NCBI GenBank assembly: GCA_963837405.1
Contig: CAWINA010000007.1
Location: 9,600-73,599, forward strand
Length of the DNA stretch: 64,000 nucleotides
Direction of reading: 5' to 3'
DNA from: an uncultured Thermoleophilia bacterium
Lineage (GTDB): Bacteria > Actinomycetota > Thermoleophilia > Solirubrobacterales > 70-9
In this document: positions 28,184-37,012 of the stretch, piece after piece
How positions within the stretch are numbered: position 1 is the stretch's first letter
Layout of the letters: every line of letters begins with the position of its first letter
Made by a program: the position numbers and the translations under genes
Notes under the pieces: model-generated
What the model was told of the DNA's origin: nothing
Database searches by the model: none
Seen by the model: the letters and a program-made list of their open reading frames with translations, nothing else

Positions 28184-28930
28184 ATGGCGATCTCCGAATC
28201 CCCTGCACGCCCGCCCGAATCGCCCAGTCGGCCCCGCAAGGCGCTGACGATCGGCGCCGTCTGCAAGATCCTGCAGAGCGAGTTCGACGACGTCTCGATC
28301 TCGAAGATCCGCTATCTGGAGGACCAGAAGCTGCTGAGCCCGCGGCGCACCTCCGGCGGCTACCGTCTCTACAGCCAGTCCGACGTCGAACGGCTGCGCA
28401 CGATCCTGCGCCTGCAGCGCGACGAGTTCCTGCCGCTGCGGGTGATCCGCCAGGAGCTGGCTTCTGGCGGCGACCTGGTGCTGGGCGGCGACGGCGACCG
28501 CAAGCCGGCCAGTGGCGCCGTGCGGCGGGCGATCCTTGTCGACACCTCGCGCACCTACCTGGCCCTGGAGGAGATCATCGAGGAGACCGGCGCCCGCGAG
28601 GAGCTGATCAAGGAGCTCGAGAACTTCGGCATCGTCCAGCCCGAGAAGCGCGAGGGCAAGACGGTTTACGACGAGACCGACCGCGAGATCGTCCGCGCCG
28701 CCAACGAACTCTCCCGGGTCGGGGTCGGGGCCCGCAACCTGCGCGTCTTCCGCTCCTCGGCCGATCGCGAGGCGCAGCTGCTGGAAGCGCTGCTCGGTCC
28801 CTCGCTGCGCTCGCGCAACCCCGATCGCCGCAAAGAGGCGCTGCAGAGCCTGGAGAGCCTGGCGGCGACCGTCTCCCACCTCAAGCACCTGCTGCTCGTC
28901 CGCGACTTACGCCGCCTAGCCGGCGACTGA
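28184..28930 (+). CDS. MerR-family transcriptional regulator (FtsR-like)
   Basis: LTIGAVCKILQSEFDDVSISKIRYLEDQKLLSPRRTSGGYRLYSQSDVERL. Its position after a GarA-like gene matches the actinobacterial garA-ftsR arrangement. Confidence 0.85.
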   Translation: MAISESPARPPESPSRPRKALTIGAVCKILQSEFDDVSISKIRYLEDQKLLSPRRTSGGYRLYSQSDVERLRTILRLQRDEFLPLRVIRQELASGGDLVLGGDGDRKPASGAVRRAILVDTSRTYLALEEIIEETGAREELIKELENFGIVQPEKREGKTVYDETDREIVRAANELSRVGVGARNLRVFRSSADREAQLLEALLGPSLRSRNPDRRKEALQSLESLAATVSHLKHLLLVRDLRRLAGD

Positions 28931-28936
28931 GGCACG

Positions 28937-29392
28937 ATGCCGCGGGTGACCCGGCGCCGGGTGATCGAGGCGCCGGTGGGCGAGGTCTGGCGGCTCGTCT
29001 CCGACCCCCACAGCCTGCCGCGCTGGTGGCCGCGCACGGCGCGGGTCGAGAACGTCGAAAGCAAGGTCGGCGGCCGCCGCGGTCAGTGGACGAAGGTGCT
29101 GGAGACCGCGGAGGGGCGCGGGGTGCGGGCCGACTTCCGCTGCCTCAGCAGCGCCACCGAGGAGCGCTACGTCTGGGAGCAGGAGCTGGAGGGAACGCCC
29201 TTCGCCAAACATCTGAAGCAGTCCCAGGTGGAGATCCGGCTGCAGGCCGAGGGAGGCGGGACCGAGGTCGAGCTCAGCTCGATCCAGACGATGCGCGGGC
29301 TCTCGCGGCTCGGCGGCACGATGCTGAAACGCGCCCAGGGCGCGATACTCGACGAAGCTTTAGACGGGATCGAGGAGTCACTTGCTACCTAG
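28937..29392 (+). CDS. SRPBCC (START/polyketide-cyclase-like) family protein
   Basis: 151 aa with an IEAPVGEVWRLVSDPHSLPRWWP N-terminal pattern. Confidence 0.75.
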   Translation: MPRVTRRRVIEAPVGEVWRLVSDPHSLPRWWPRTARVENVESKVGGRRGQWTKVLETAEGRGVRADFRCLSSATEERYVWEQELEGTPFAKHLKQSQVEIRLQAEGGGTEVELSSIQTMRGLSRLGGTMLKRAQGAILDEALDGIEESLAT

Positions 29393-31007
29393 GCGCGATA
29401 CGAAGTGGTGGGGGTGGGGGGACCCCGAGGTCTCGCCCGAGCTCGACGAGGCCGCGCTGGCGGTCCTGCGCGAGCGGATCGGGGTCCTCGAGCCCTGGCC
29501 GCTGGCCGCTGAAGACCCCGCCGGGTTCGCGATGCTGAACCCGCAGCCGCTGCCGCCGAAGCTGACCGAAGCGGTGGGCGCCGAGCGGGTTTTCACCGCG
29601 GCCGACGACCGGCTGCGCCACGCCTGCGGTCGCGGCTACGTCGACCTGGCGCGGCTGCGCGGCGGCCGGCTGGACGAGGCCCCCGACGCGGTCCTGCTGC
29701 CGGCCGACGCCGCCCAGCTCCGCGCCGTGCTCGACGTCTGCGCGGAGGAGGGGATCGCCGTCGTCCCGTTCGGCGGCGGCACCAGCGTGGTCGGCGGGGT
29801 CGAGCCGCTGCGCGGCGAGCACCGGGGGCTGATCAGCCTCGACCTCGGCGATCTGCGCGAGGTGAGCGTCGACCACCGCTCGCTGACCGCGCGGCTCGGC
29901 GCCGGGCTCCGCGGTCCCGAGGCGGAGTCAGCGCTCCGCACCCACGGCGTCACCCTCGGCCACTTCCCGCAGTCCTTCCAGTACGCGACGGTCGGCGGAT
30001 TCGCGGCGACCCGCTCGGCCGGCCAGGCTTCGAGCGGGTACGGCCGCTTCGACGCGGTGGTCAGCTCGGTCCGCCTCTTGGCCCCGGCGGGGGACCTGGA
30101 GACCCTGGAAACGCCGCACACGGCCGCGGGGCCGGCCCTTCGCGAGCTGATCGTCGGCTCGGAGGGCGTGTTGGGGGTGATCCCCGACGTCACCGTGCGG
30201 GTCCGCCCGACGCCGGCCGTGAAGCGCTACGAGGCCTGGATGGCGGAGAGCTTCGCGGCAGGCGCCGAGATCGTCCGCGGGCTGGCTCAGGGCCCGGGCC
30301 TGCCGGAGATCATCCGCGTCTCCGACGAGGAGGAGACGGAGGGCTCGCTGGCCGTCTCCGGGCCGCGCGGGGTCGCCGGCAAGGCCTTCGACACCTACCT
30401 GGGGGCCCGCAAGCGCCGCGGCGGGGCGCTGGTGATCGTCGGCTACGAGGGCGAGGAGGAGTCGGTGGCGCGGCGCCGGGCGCTGACCGTGCGCGGGCTC
30501 CGCGCCGGTGGCGCCGCCTACCTGGGACAGACCGCCGGCCGCTCCTGGGAGCACGGCCGCTACAACGGTCCCTACCTGCGCGACACGCTGATGGCGATGG
30601 GGGCGATGGTCGAGACGCTGGAGACCTCGCACACCTGGAGCCGGCTCGGCGAGCTGCACGCCGGGGTCGGCGACGCGATCCGCGGGGCGCTTGCCGCCCA
30701 GGGCACGCCCGGGCTCGTCTGGTGCCATCTCTCGCACGCCTACGCCGACGGCGCCTCGCTCTACTTCACCTTCATCTCCCGCCGCCGCGCCGGGGCCGAG
30801 CTCGAGCAGTGGCGTGCGGTCAAGCGGGCCGCCTGCGAGGCGATCGTCGCCTGCGGCGGCACGATCACCCACCATCACGCGGTCGGCCGCGACCACGTTC
30901 CCTACATGCAGGCGGAGATCGGCCGGGTCGGCCTCGACGTGCTGCGGGCCGTGAAGGCGGAGCTCGACCCGAGCGGGATCATGAACCCCGGCAAGCTGCT
31001 CGACTGA
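29382..31007 (+). CDS. FAD-linked oxidase, alkyl-DHAP-synthase-like
   Basis: 541 aa with N-terminal KWWGWGD, the FAD-binding PCMH domain (VVPFGGGTSVVGG), and C-terminal THHHAVGRDH. The TTG start overlaps the SRPBCC gene by 11 nt. Confidence 0.85.
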   Translation: MLPRRDTKWWGWGDPEVSPELDEAALAVLRERIGVLEPWPLAAEDPAGFAMLNPQPLPPKLTEAVGAERVFTAADDRLRHACGRGYVDLARLRGGRLDEAPDAVLLPADAAQLRAVLDVCAEEGIAVVPFGGGTSVVGGVEPLRGEHRGLISLDLGDLREVSVDHRSLTARLGAGLRGPEAESALRTHGVTLGHFPQSFQYATVGGFAATRSAGQASSGYGRFDAVVSSVRLLAPAGDLETLETPHTAAGPALRELIVGSEGVLGVIPDVTVRVRPTPAVKRYEAWMAESFAAGAEIVRGLAQGPGLPEIIRVSDEEETEGSLAVSGPRGVAGKAFDTYLGARKRRGGALVIVGYEGEEESVARRRALTVRGLRAGGAAYLGQTAGRSWEHGRYNGPYLRDTLMAMGAMVETLETSHTWSRLGELHAGVGDAIRGALAAQGTPGLVWCHLSHAYADGASLYFTFISRRRAGAELEQWRAVKRAACEAIVACGGTITHHHAVGRDHVPYMQAEIGRVGLDVLRAVKAELDPSGIMNPGKLLD

Positions 31008-31015
31008 GCGCCCGG

Positions 31016-31939
31016 CTATTCCGCTTCTTTTTGTTCCTGGACCCGTTTGAGCAGGTCCCGGTTCCCGATGAGTGAGCCGGTGATCTCGCCACTGAGAACG
31101 GGCGTCCCGGTGTAGGCCGGTTCTTTCGCCTGTTTTTTGATCTCGGCCGCGAGGCGCGCCGTATCGGCCCTGGTGATCACGATTTCGGAATACGTTTCGT
31201 TGGCGAGGTAGAGCAGCAGTTCCGCCGGCAACTGCACGCTCGCTTTGATCGTCCCTTTCGCGCCCACCCCGGTTGAGGCGATCGGCAGGATCCGGTTCGG
31301 GCCCGCCGCGATGCAGATTGCGTAGATCGTGCCTTTCTCAGTCGGCTCAAGCCCTTTCGCTTCGATCGCAAGGACCAACTGTTCTTCAAGGTTGCCGAAA
31401 ACGGCTTGGCCGGAGCCCTCGCCGCCGCCCACCGGTTTCAACACCGCCATCGTCGGTTTCAGGCCTTGGTCGCTGACGGTCGTGCGCGCGGCCGTGGTGT
31501 CGCTCGAGTCGCCGTCGCTGCCCGAGATCAGCAGCACGGCGAGGACGACGATCACGACCACCCCGACCGCTCCACTCCCGATCGCAACGAGCATGTTCTT
31601 GTCGCGCGGCTTGCGCGGCGCAGCGGGGGGTGGGGTCGGCGTGGGAGCGGCTTTCGGCTCGGGCCTCTGAGGCTCGGGCGCGGGTGGCTCCTTGGCTGCC
31701 GGGGCAGCGGGCGTCGGAGCCGTGGGGGGAGGCGGAGCCGCCGCGGCGCCGCCGGGGGCCGGAGGCAGGGCCGGCGCCGGGATCCCTTCCGATTCGAGTT
31801 GGGCGACCGCACCCTCGGCCCGGGCGACCACCTCGTCCACGCTGAGGCCCATCAGGGCGCCGATGTCCTCGTAGCTCTGCTCGCGCGCCAGCAGGCGCAG
31901 CATCGCTTTCTGGTCGTCGCTGAGCGGCATCCCCCGCAA
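31016..31939 (-). CDS. single-pass membrane protein: N-terminal sigma region-4/LuxR-like HTH, Pro/Ala linker, TM helix, RskA-like extracytoplasmic domain
   Basis: LSDDQKAMLRLLAREQSYEDIGALMGLSVDEVVARAEGAV, then a PAPALPPAPGG... linker, TM LVAIGSGAVGVVVIVVLAVLLI, and a C-terminal pattern L.P.GG..SGQAVF...KG.IY...ITR...YTGTPVLSGEI. Confidence 0.6.
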   Translation of the reverse strand: MRGMPLSDDQKAMLRLLAREQSYEDIGALMGLSVDEVVARAEGAVAQLESEGIPAPALPPAPGGAAAAPPPPTAPTPAAPAAKEPPAPEPQRPEPKAAPTPTPPPAAPRKPRDKNMLVAIGSGAVGVVVIVVLAVLLISGSDGDSSDTTAARTTVSDQGLKPTMAVLKPVGGGEGSGQAVFGNLEEQLVLAIEAKGLEPTEKGTIYAICIAAGPNRILPIASTGVGAKGTIKASVQLPAELLLYLANETYSEIVITRADTARLAAEIKKQAKEPAYTGTPVLSGEITGSLIGNRDLLKRVQEQKEAE

Positions 31940-32016
31940 ACCCTATGGGCCACGGCAGCGGCAACGGCCGGTTCCCCGGGGGAGTCGCAAAAGCTTAATT
32001 TCGTAGGGTTCCGGCT

Positions 32017-32439
32017 ATGGACGCTAAGGACGTAGGAGAGATTCGCTCGCCCTTCGACCGGCTGGTTGGCACCGAGGTGGTCTCCAACGACCCCGACGAC
32101 GCCCGGGTTCGGGTCGCGGTGCGCGACGAGCTGCGCCAGCCGATCGGCCTGGTCCACGGCGGCGTCCTCTCGACCCTGGTCGAGAGCGTCTGCTCGCGCG
32201 CCACGGCGATGGCCGTGTTCGACCAGGGGATGGTCGCGATGGGGCAGTCGATCAGCGTCAACTTCGTACGGCCGGTGACCGAGGGCCGGGTGGAAGTGCG
32301 GGCCCGCGCGCCGCATCGCGGCCGCACCACCTGGGTCTGGGAGTGCGAGGTGCTCGACGCCGAGGAGCGCCTCTGCGCGACCGCGATGATGACGATCGCG
32401 GTGCGGCCGGCGCCGCGGCGCTTCTCCGACGGCGAGTAG
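32017..32439 (+). CDS. PaaI-family hotdog thioesterase
   Basis: 140 aa with the NPIGLVHGGVLSTLVES-type motif (QPIGLVHGGVLSTLVESVCS). Confidence 0.8.
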   Translation: MDAKDVGEIRSPFDRLVGTEVVSNDPDDARVRVAVRDELRQPIGLVHGGVLSTLVESVCSRATAMAVFDQGMVAMGQSISVNFVRPVTEGRVEVRARAPHRGRTTWVWECEVLDAEERLCATAMMTIAVRPAPRRFSDGE

Positions 32440-34044
32440 CTAGCCGCCGAACCGGTTGGTGATCGGCAGCCGCCGGTCCTTGCCGAAGGCCTTCGGGGTG
32501 ATCCGGATCCCCGGCGCCGCCTGGCGGCGCTTGTACTCGGAGCGATCGACCAGGCGGATCACCTCGTCGATCGTCGCCGCCGGCAGCCCAGTGGCGATCA
32601 TCTCCTCGCGCCCCTGGTCGCCCTCGACGTAGGCCTCGAGGATGCGGTCGAGCAGGTCGTAGGGGGGGAGGGAGTCGCTGTCGAGCTGGTCGGGGCGAAG
32701 CTCGGCCGACGGCTCCCGCTCCAGCACGCTGGCCGGGACCAGCTCGCTCCCCGCCCGCTCGTTGCGACGGCGCACGAGGGCGTAGACGAGGCTCTTGGGG
32801 ACGTCCTTGATCACCGCGAAGCCGCCCGCCATGTCGCCGTAGAGGGTCGCGTAGCCGACTGACATCTCGCTCTTGTTGCCGGTGGTCAAGACCAGCCAGC
32901 CGTGGCGGTTGGAGAGGGCCATCATCATGTTGCCGCGGATCCGCGCCTGGATGTTCTCGGCGGCCAGGTCGGCGGCCGCGGGACCGGGCAACGCCCGCTC
33001 GTAGTCGTCCATCAAACCGGCGATCTCGATCTCGATCAGCTCGCATCCGAGGTTTGCAGCGATATTTCGGGCGTCCTGCTGGGTTTCAGGGCTCGAATGA
33101 GGAGATGGCATGACCACGCAGCTGAGCCGCTCGGGCCCGACCGCGTCAGCGGCGAGCTGCGCGACAAGGGCCGAGTCGATCCCGCCCGAGAGGGCGACGC
33201 CGACGTGGCCGAAGCCGTTCTTCTCGACGTAGTCGCGCAGCCCGAGGGTGAGCGCGGCGTAGACCTCGTCGACGTCGTCGAGCTGTACGGCCAGCGGCCC
33301 CGGATCGCCGGGCAGCTCGCAGAGGAGCAGCTCCTCCTCGAACTGGGCGGCGCGGGCCAGCACCGAGCCGTCGGGTCCGACCAGCAGACTCTGGCCGTCG
33401 AAGACGAGCTCGTCCTGACCCCCGACCAGGTTGCAGAAGGCGACGGGGACGCCGTACTCGCGAGCCCGCGCGGCGAACATCTCCTCCCGCTCGCGGCCCT
33501 TGCCGCGGTGGTAGGGCGAGCCCGAGGGGTTGGCGATCAGCAGCGCCCCCGCGTCGGCCTCCGCCTGGGCCGGCGGTCCCGGCGCCCATACGTCCTCGCA
33601 GATCGTCAGCCCGACTTCGCCCGCGCCGACCGCGACGGTCAGCGGCTCGGCCGCGGGGGCGAAGTAGCGTTGCTCGTCGAAGACCGAGTAGTTGGGCAGC
33701 CGGTTCTTGCGGTAGACCGCGTGCACGCCGCCGTCGGCGAGCACGGCGAGCGAGTTGTAGGCGTGGCGGAAGTCGCCGCCGCCCGGGATCGGCTCGGCGA
33801 ACCCGACCAGGGCGGTGATCCCCTCGACCCCGCTTGCCAGGCCCTCGATCGCCTCCTGGTTGGCGGCGAGGAAGTGCCGCTTCAGGTAGAGGTCCTCGGC
33901 CGGGTAGCCGGGGACGCAGAGCTCGGGGAAGATCACCAGCTCGGCTCCGGCCTCGCGGGCGCGGTCAATCCAGGCGGCGATCTTGGCCGCGTTGCCGTCG
34001 ATATCGCCGACGGTCGGGTTGATCTGGGCGAGGGCGATACGCAT
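32440..34044 (-). CDS. nadE: glutamine-dependent NAD+ synthetase
   Basis: The N-terminal nitrilase domain starts MRIALAQINPTVGD (ATG complement at 34042-34044) and includes FPELCVPGYP and LTICED. The C-terminal synthetase domain has VALSGGIDSA. 534 aa. Confidence 0.9.
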   Translation of the reverse strand: MRIALAQINPTVGDIDGNAAKIAAWIDRAREAGAELVIFPELCVPGYPAEDLYLKRHFLAANQEAIEGLASGVEGITALVGFAEPIPGGGDFRHAYNSLAVLADGGVHAVYRKNRLPNYSVFDEQRYFAPAAEPLTVAVGAGEVGLTICEDVWAPGPPAQAEADAGALLIANPSGSPYHRGKGREREEMFAARAREYGVPVAFCNLVGGQDELVFDGQSLLVGPDGSVLARAAQFEEELLLCELPGDPGPLAVQLDDVDEVYAALTLGLRDYVEKNGFGHVGVALSGGIDSALVAQLAADAVGPERLSCVVMPSPHSSPETQQDARNIAANLGCELIEIEIAGLMDDYERALPGPAAADLAAENIQARIRGNMMMALSNRHGWLVLTTGNKSEMSVGYATLYGDMAGGFAVIKDVPKSLVYALVRRRNERAGSELVPASVLEREPSAELRPDQLDSDSLPPYDLLDRILEAYVEGDQGREEMIATGLPAATIDEVIRLVDRSEYKRRQAAPGIRITPKAFGKDRRLPITNRFGG

Positions 34045-34086
34045 CGGGGGCACGATCGTAGGCGAACCGTCGGTAGGCTGAGGCCG

Positions 34087-35520
34087 ATGCGGGACCGCCG
34101 TCGCCACCTGGTCGGCCTCTCGGTGGCGGCGCTCCTGATGCTCGCCGCCGCGCCCGGCGCTGCCTCCGCCGCGCCCGGACTGGCCGCGGCCACGCCCGCC
34201 CTCGCCTCGCCCTTCCAGAAGCCGTTCATCGCGCCGCAGCCGCGGCCGACCGAAACGCGCGGCCGGCCGACCGACGATCCCGACCCCAACCGCAACGCCT
34301 ACTCGGTGCCCGAGGCGCCGCGCTCGCCTGCCTGCTCGGAGTTCTTCTGCGTGCACTGGGTCGACCAGGGCCTCGACGCCCCGAGCCTCGACGACGGCGA
34401 CCTGGACGGGATCCCCGACTTCGTCGAGAAGGTTGTCGAGACGGCCGAACACGTGCACGAGGTCGAGAACGAGAAGCTCGGCTGGCGTGAGCCGAAGAGT
34501 GACGGCAGGCGGGGCGGGGGAGTGGGCAAGACCGACATTTACCTCTCGCAGATCGGCGGCGACCTGTTCGGCTACGCGGCCCCCGACCGCGGTCAGATCG
34601 CTCACTCCGAGCGGGTGCCGCGCCGGCTCTACGGCTATCTCGTCCTCGACAACGACTACAGCGAATTCGAGTTCCCCGGGACCGAGCCGATCCAGGACCT
34701 GCAGGTGACGATCGCCCACGAGTACAACCACATCCTCCAGTTCGGATACGACGCCTACCAAGACCCCTGGTTTGCCGAGTCGACCGCGACCTGGATGGAG
34801 GACCAGGTCTACAACGGGATCGACGACTACCTGCGCTACGTCGGCCGCTGGATACACCGCTTCGACACGCCGCTGACGACCAGCTCGATCAAGGAGTACG
34901 GCTCGGCGGTCTGGAACCAGTGGCTGGCGCGGCGCTACGACCGCACGCTGATCCGCAAGGCCTGGGCCCGGGCGATGCGGACCCGCCCGGGGGGATTCTC
35001 GGTCGGCGTCTACGACGCTGCGATCCGGGCAGCTGGGTCCTCCGACTTCAGCCGCGACTTCACCAACTTCGCCGCTGCGGTCGCCGAGTGGCGGACGGGG
35101 AAGGGGTTCCGCGAGGGCGACCGCTTCCCCGACATGCCGCGCCAGGGCGAGCTGAAGCTCGGCGGCCAGGCGAAGACGCACCTGCTGAACCACACGACCT
35201 TCGAGACCCTGCAGGTCGTCGCCCCGGGCGGCCGCGCCGTTGTCGTCCACGTCGGTGCGCCGCGCGGGATCGCCACCGGGGTGGCGCTGGTTGGCCGACT
35301 CGGGACCGAACGCAAGGGCAAGACGATCACCCGCATCGACTACAGCCGCAACGGCGGCACGTTGCGGGTCCAGCTGGCTGACCCGGGCCGGTTCAGCCGG
35401 ATCAGCGCCGTCCTCGTCAACGCCGACGGCAGCGCCAGCGGGTTCAACGCCCGCCGGCTCGACTGGCGCTACCTGACCGACCGGGCGCCGTTTGCGGTGC
35501 GCGGCAACCTGATCCGCTGA
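34087..35520 (+). CDS. secreted HEXXH metalloprotease (MXAN_6640-like family)
   Basis: Signal peptide MRDRRRHLVGLSVAALLMLAAAPGAASA (possibly Tat-type) and IAHEYNHILQF zinc motif; 477 aa. The portion of ORF 32902..35520 upstream of 34087 is antisense to nadE. Confidence 0.75.
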   Translation: MRDRRRHLVGLSVAALLMLAAAPGAASAAPGLAAATPALASPFQKPFIAPQPRPTETRGRPTDDPDPNRNAYSVPEAPRSPACSEFFCVHWVDQGLDAPSLDDGDLDGIPDFVEKVVETAEHVHEVENEKLGWREPKSDGRRGGGVGKTDIYLSQIGGDLFGYAAPDRGQIAHSERVPRRLYGYLVLDNDYSEFEFPGTEPIQDLQVTIAHEYNHILQFGYDAYQDPWFAESTATWMEDQVYNGIDDYLRYVGRWIHRFDTPLTTSSIKEYGSAVWNQWLARRYDRTLIRKAWARAMRTRPGGFSVGVYDAAIRAAGSSDFSRDFTNFAAAVAEWRTGKGFREGDRFPDMPRQGELKLGGQAKTHLLNHTTFETLQVVAPGGRAVVVHVGAPRGIATGVALVGRLGTERKGKTITRIDYSRNGGTLRVQLADPGRFSRISAVLVNADGSASGFNARRLDWRYLTDRAPFAVRGNLIR

Positions 35521-35530
35521 GCGCTTTCGG

Positions 35531-36988
35531 CTAGGCGCTGGGCTCGACCGGAACCGGCCCGGCACCGTTGCCGCCGGCCCCGGTCTCGACCCGCCGCACC
35601 TTGCCCTTCTGCTTGGCGGCGGGCGTTGCGTCGACGATCTCGCGGGTCGCCGCTTCGAGGTCGAGGGCGAAGCTCTCGAGGTCGGCCATCGCGTCGTAGT
35701 CGCCGACCAGGCCGAAGTTGACCTGGCCGTTGTAGGACATGATCCCGACGCAGAGCGCCTGGCGGCGGGCCAGCGGGACCATCGGGTAAATCGACTCCAT
35801 CTGGCGGCCGAGCACGTAGAGCGGGAACTGGGGGCCCGGTACGTTGGTGATCACCAGGTTGAAGAAGCGTTGCGCGGGCTGCAGGCGGGCGGCCTGCGAG
35901 GCGATCGTGGTCGGCGCGAAGTCGGTGATCTTGGTCAGGATCTCGGCCCCTACGGCTTGGCCGGAGCCCTTCAGGTCGCCCATCCGCTCGGTCACGATCT
36001 GCAGCCGCTGTACCGGGTCCTCGCACCAGACCGGCAACGGCGCCATCATCGCCGAGATCTTGTTGCCGAGCGCGCCGTGCTCCCCCTCGGCGCGGATGCT
36101 GACCGGCACCATCGCCTTCATCTCGAGCTCGTCGGTGTCGTGGCCGCGAGCCCGCAGGTAGTTGCCGATCGCGCCGGTGACGACCGAGAGGATGACGTCG
36201 TTGACGGTGCCGCCGTAAGCGTCCTTGACGCGTTTCAGCTCGGCGAGGTCGGCCTGCGTCATCGCGAAGCGGCGGTGCGGGCCGATCTCGACGTTGAACG
36301 GCGTGGTCGGCGCGGAGATCCCGGCCCCGAGCAGCTTCGAGGTGGCGCTGACCCCGCGCAGGACGCGGCGCGGTCCGCGCGCCGCGCGCCGCAGCCCGCG
36401 GGCGATCTCGGCCGGGCTGGTGAGGCGCTCGCGCATCGCGTCGGCCACCAGCTTCACGTCGGTCGGCTCGGGACGCGCGAGCCAGCGCGGCGGCTGGGCG
36501 GGCCTGCCCTGCGGCTCGCGGTCGAGGTCAAAGAGGACCGTGGTGATGTCTACCCCGGAAACGCCGTCGACCAGCGCGTGGTGGCTCTTGCCGATGACCG
36601 CGAAGCGGCCGTCGTAGAGGCCCTCGACCAGCCACAGCTCCCAGAGCGGCTTGCTGCGGTCGAGCTGCTGGGAGAAGATTCGCGCCGCCAGGTTGCGCAG
36701 CTGCTCGTCGGAGCCGGGCGCCGGCAGCGCGGTCTGCCGCACGTGGTACTCGAGGTTGAGGTGCGGGTCGTCGACCCAGACCGGGCGGCCCTGGCCGAGC
36801 GGCACCGACTTCAGCTTCTGGCGGAAGCGCGGCACCAGGTGCAGGCGCGAGGCGATGTGGTCGCGGAACTCGTCGTGGGAGGGGGCGGGGCCCTCGAAGA
36901 CGATCGTGCTGGCGACGTGCATGTGCGCCCCCGCCCGCTCCATGTGGAGGAAGGACGCGTCGAGTCCGGTCAGCCTGTCCGCAGCCAC
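35531..36988 (-). CDS. wax ester synthase / diacylglycerol acyltransferase (WS/DGAT)
   Basis: HHALVDGVSG active-site motif; 485 aa; C-terminal NVPGP motif. Confidence 0.9.
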   Translation of the reverse strand: MAADRLTGLDASFLHMERAGAHMHVASTIVFEGPAPSHDEFRDHIASRLHLVPRFRQKLKSVPLGQGRPVWVDDPHLNLEYHVRQTALPAPGSDEQLRNLAARIFSQQLDRSKPLWELWLVEGLYDGRFAVIGKSHHALVDGVSGVDITTVLFDLDREPQGRPAQPPRWLARPEPTDVKLVADAMRERLTSPAEIARGLRRAARGPRRVLRGVSATSKLLGAGISAPTTPFNVEIGPHRRFAMTQADLAELKRVKDAYGGTVNDVILSVVTGAIGNYLRARGHDTDELEMKAMVPVSIRAEGEHGALGNKISAMMAPLPVWCEDPVQRLQIVTERMGDLKGSGQAVGAEILTKITDFAPTTIASQAARLQPAQRFFNLVITNVPGPQFPLYVLGRQMESIYPMVPLARRQALCVGIMSYNGQVNFGLVGDYDAMADLESFALDLEAATREIVDATPAAKQKGKVRRVETGAGGNGAGPVPVEPSA

Positions 36989-37012
36989 TTGGTCATCTTT
37001 GCATCCAACTGG

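Noticed and set aside
32902-34086. The N-terminal 395 codons of the 872-aa ORF 32902..35520
   Set aside because: This part is antisense to nadE and has shadow-ORF composition. A proper signal peptide starts at the ATG at 34087, so the real gene is 34087..35520.
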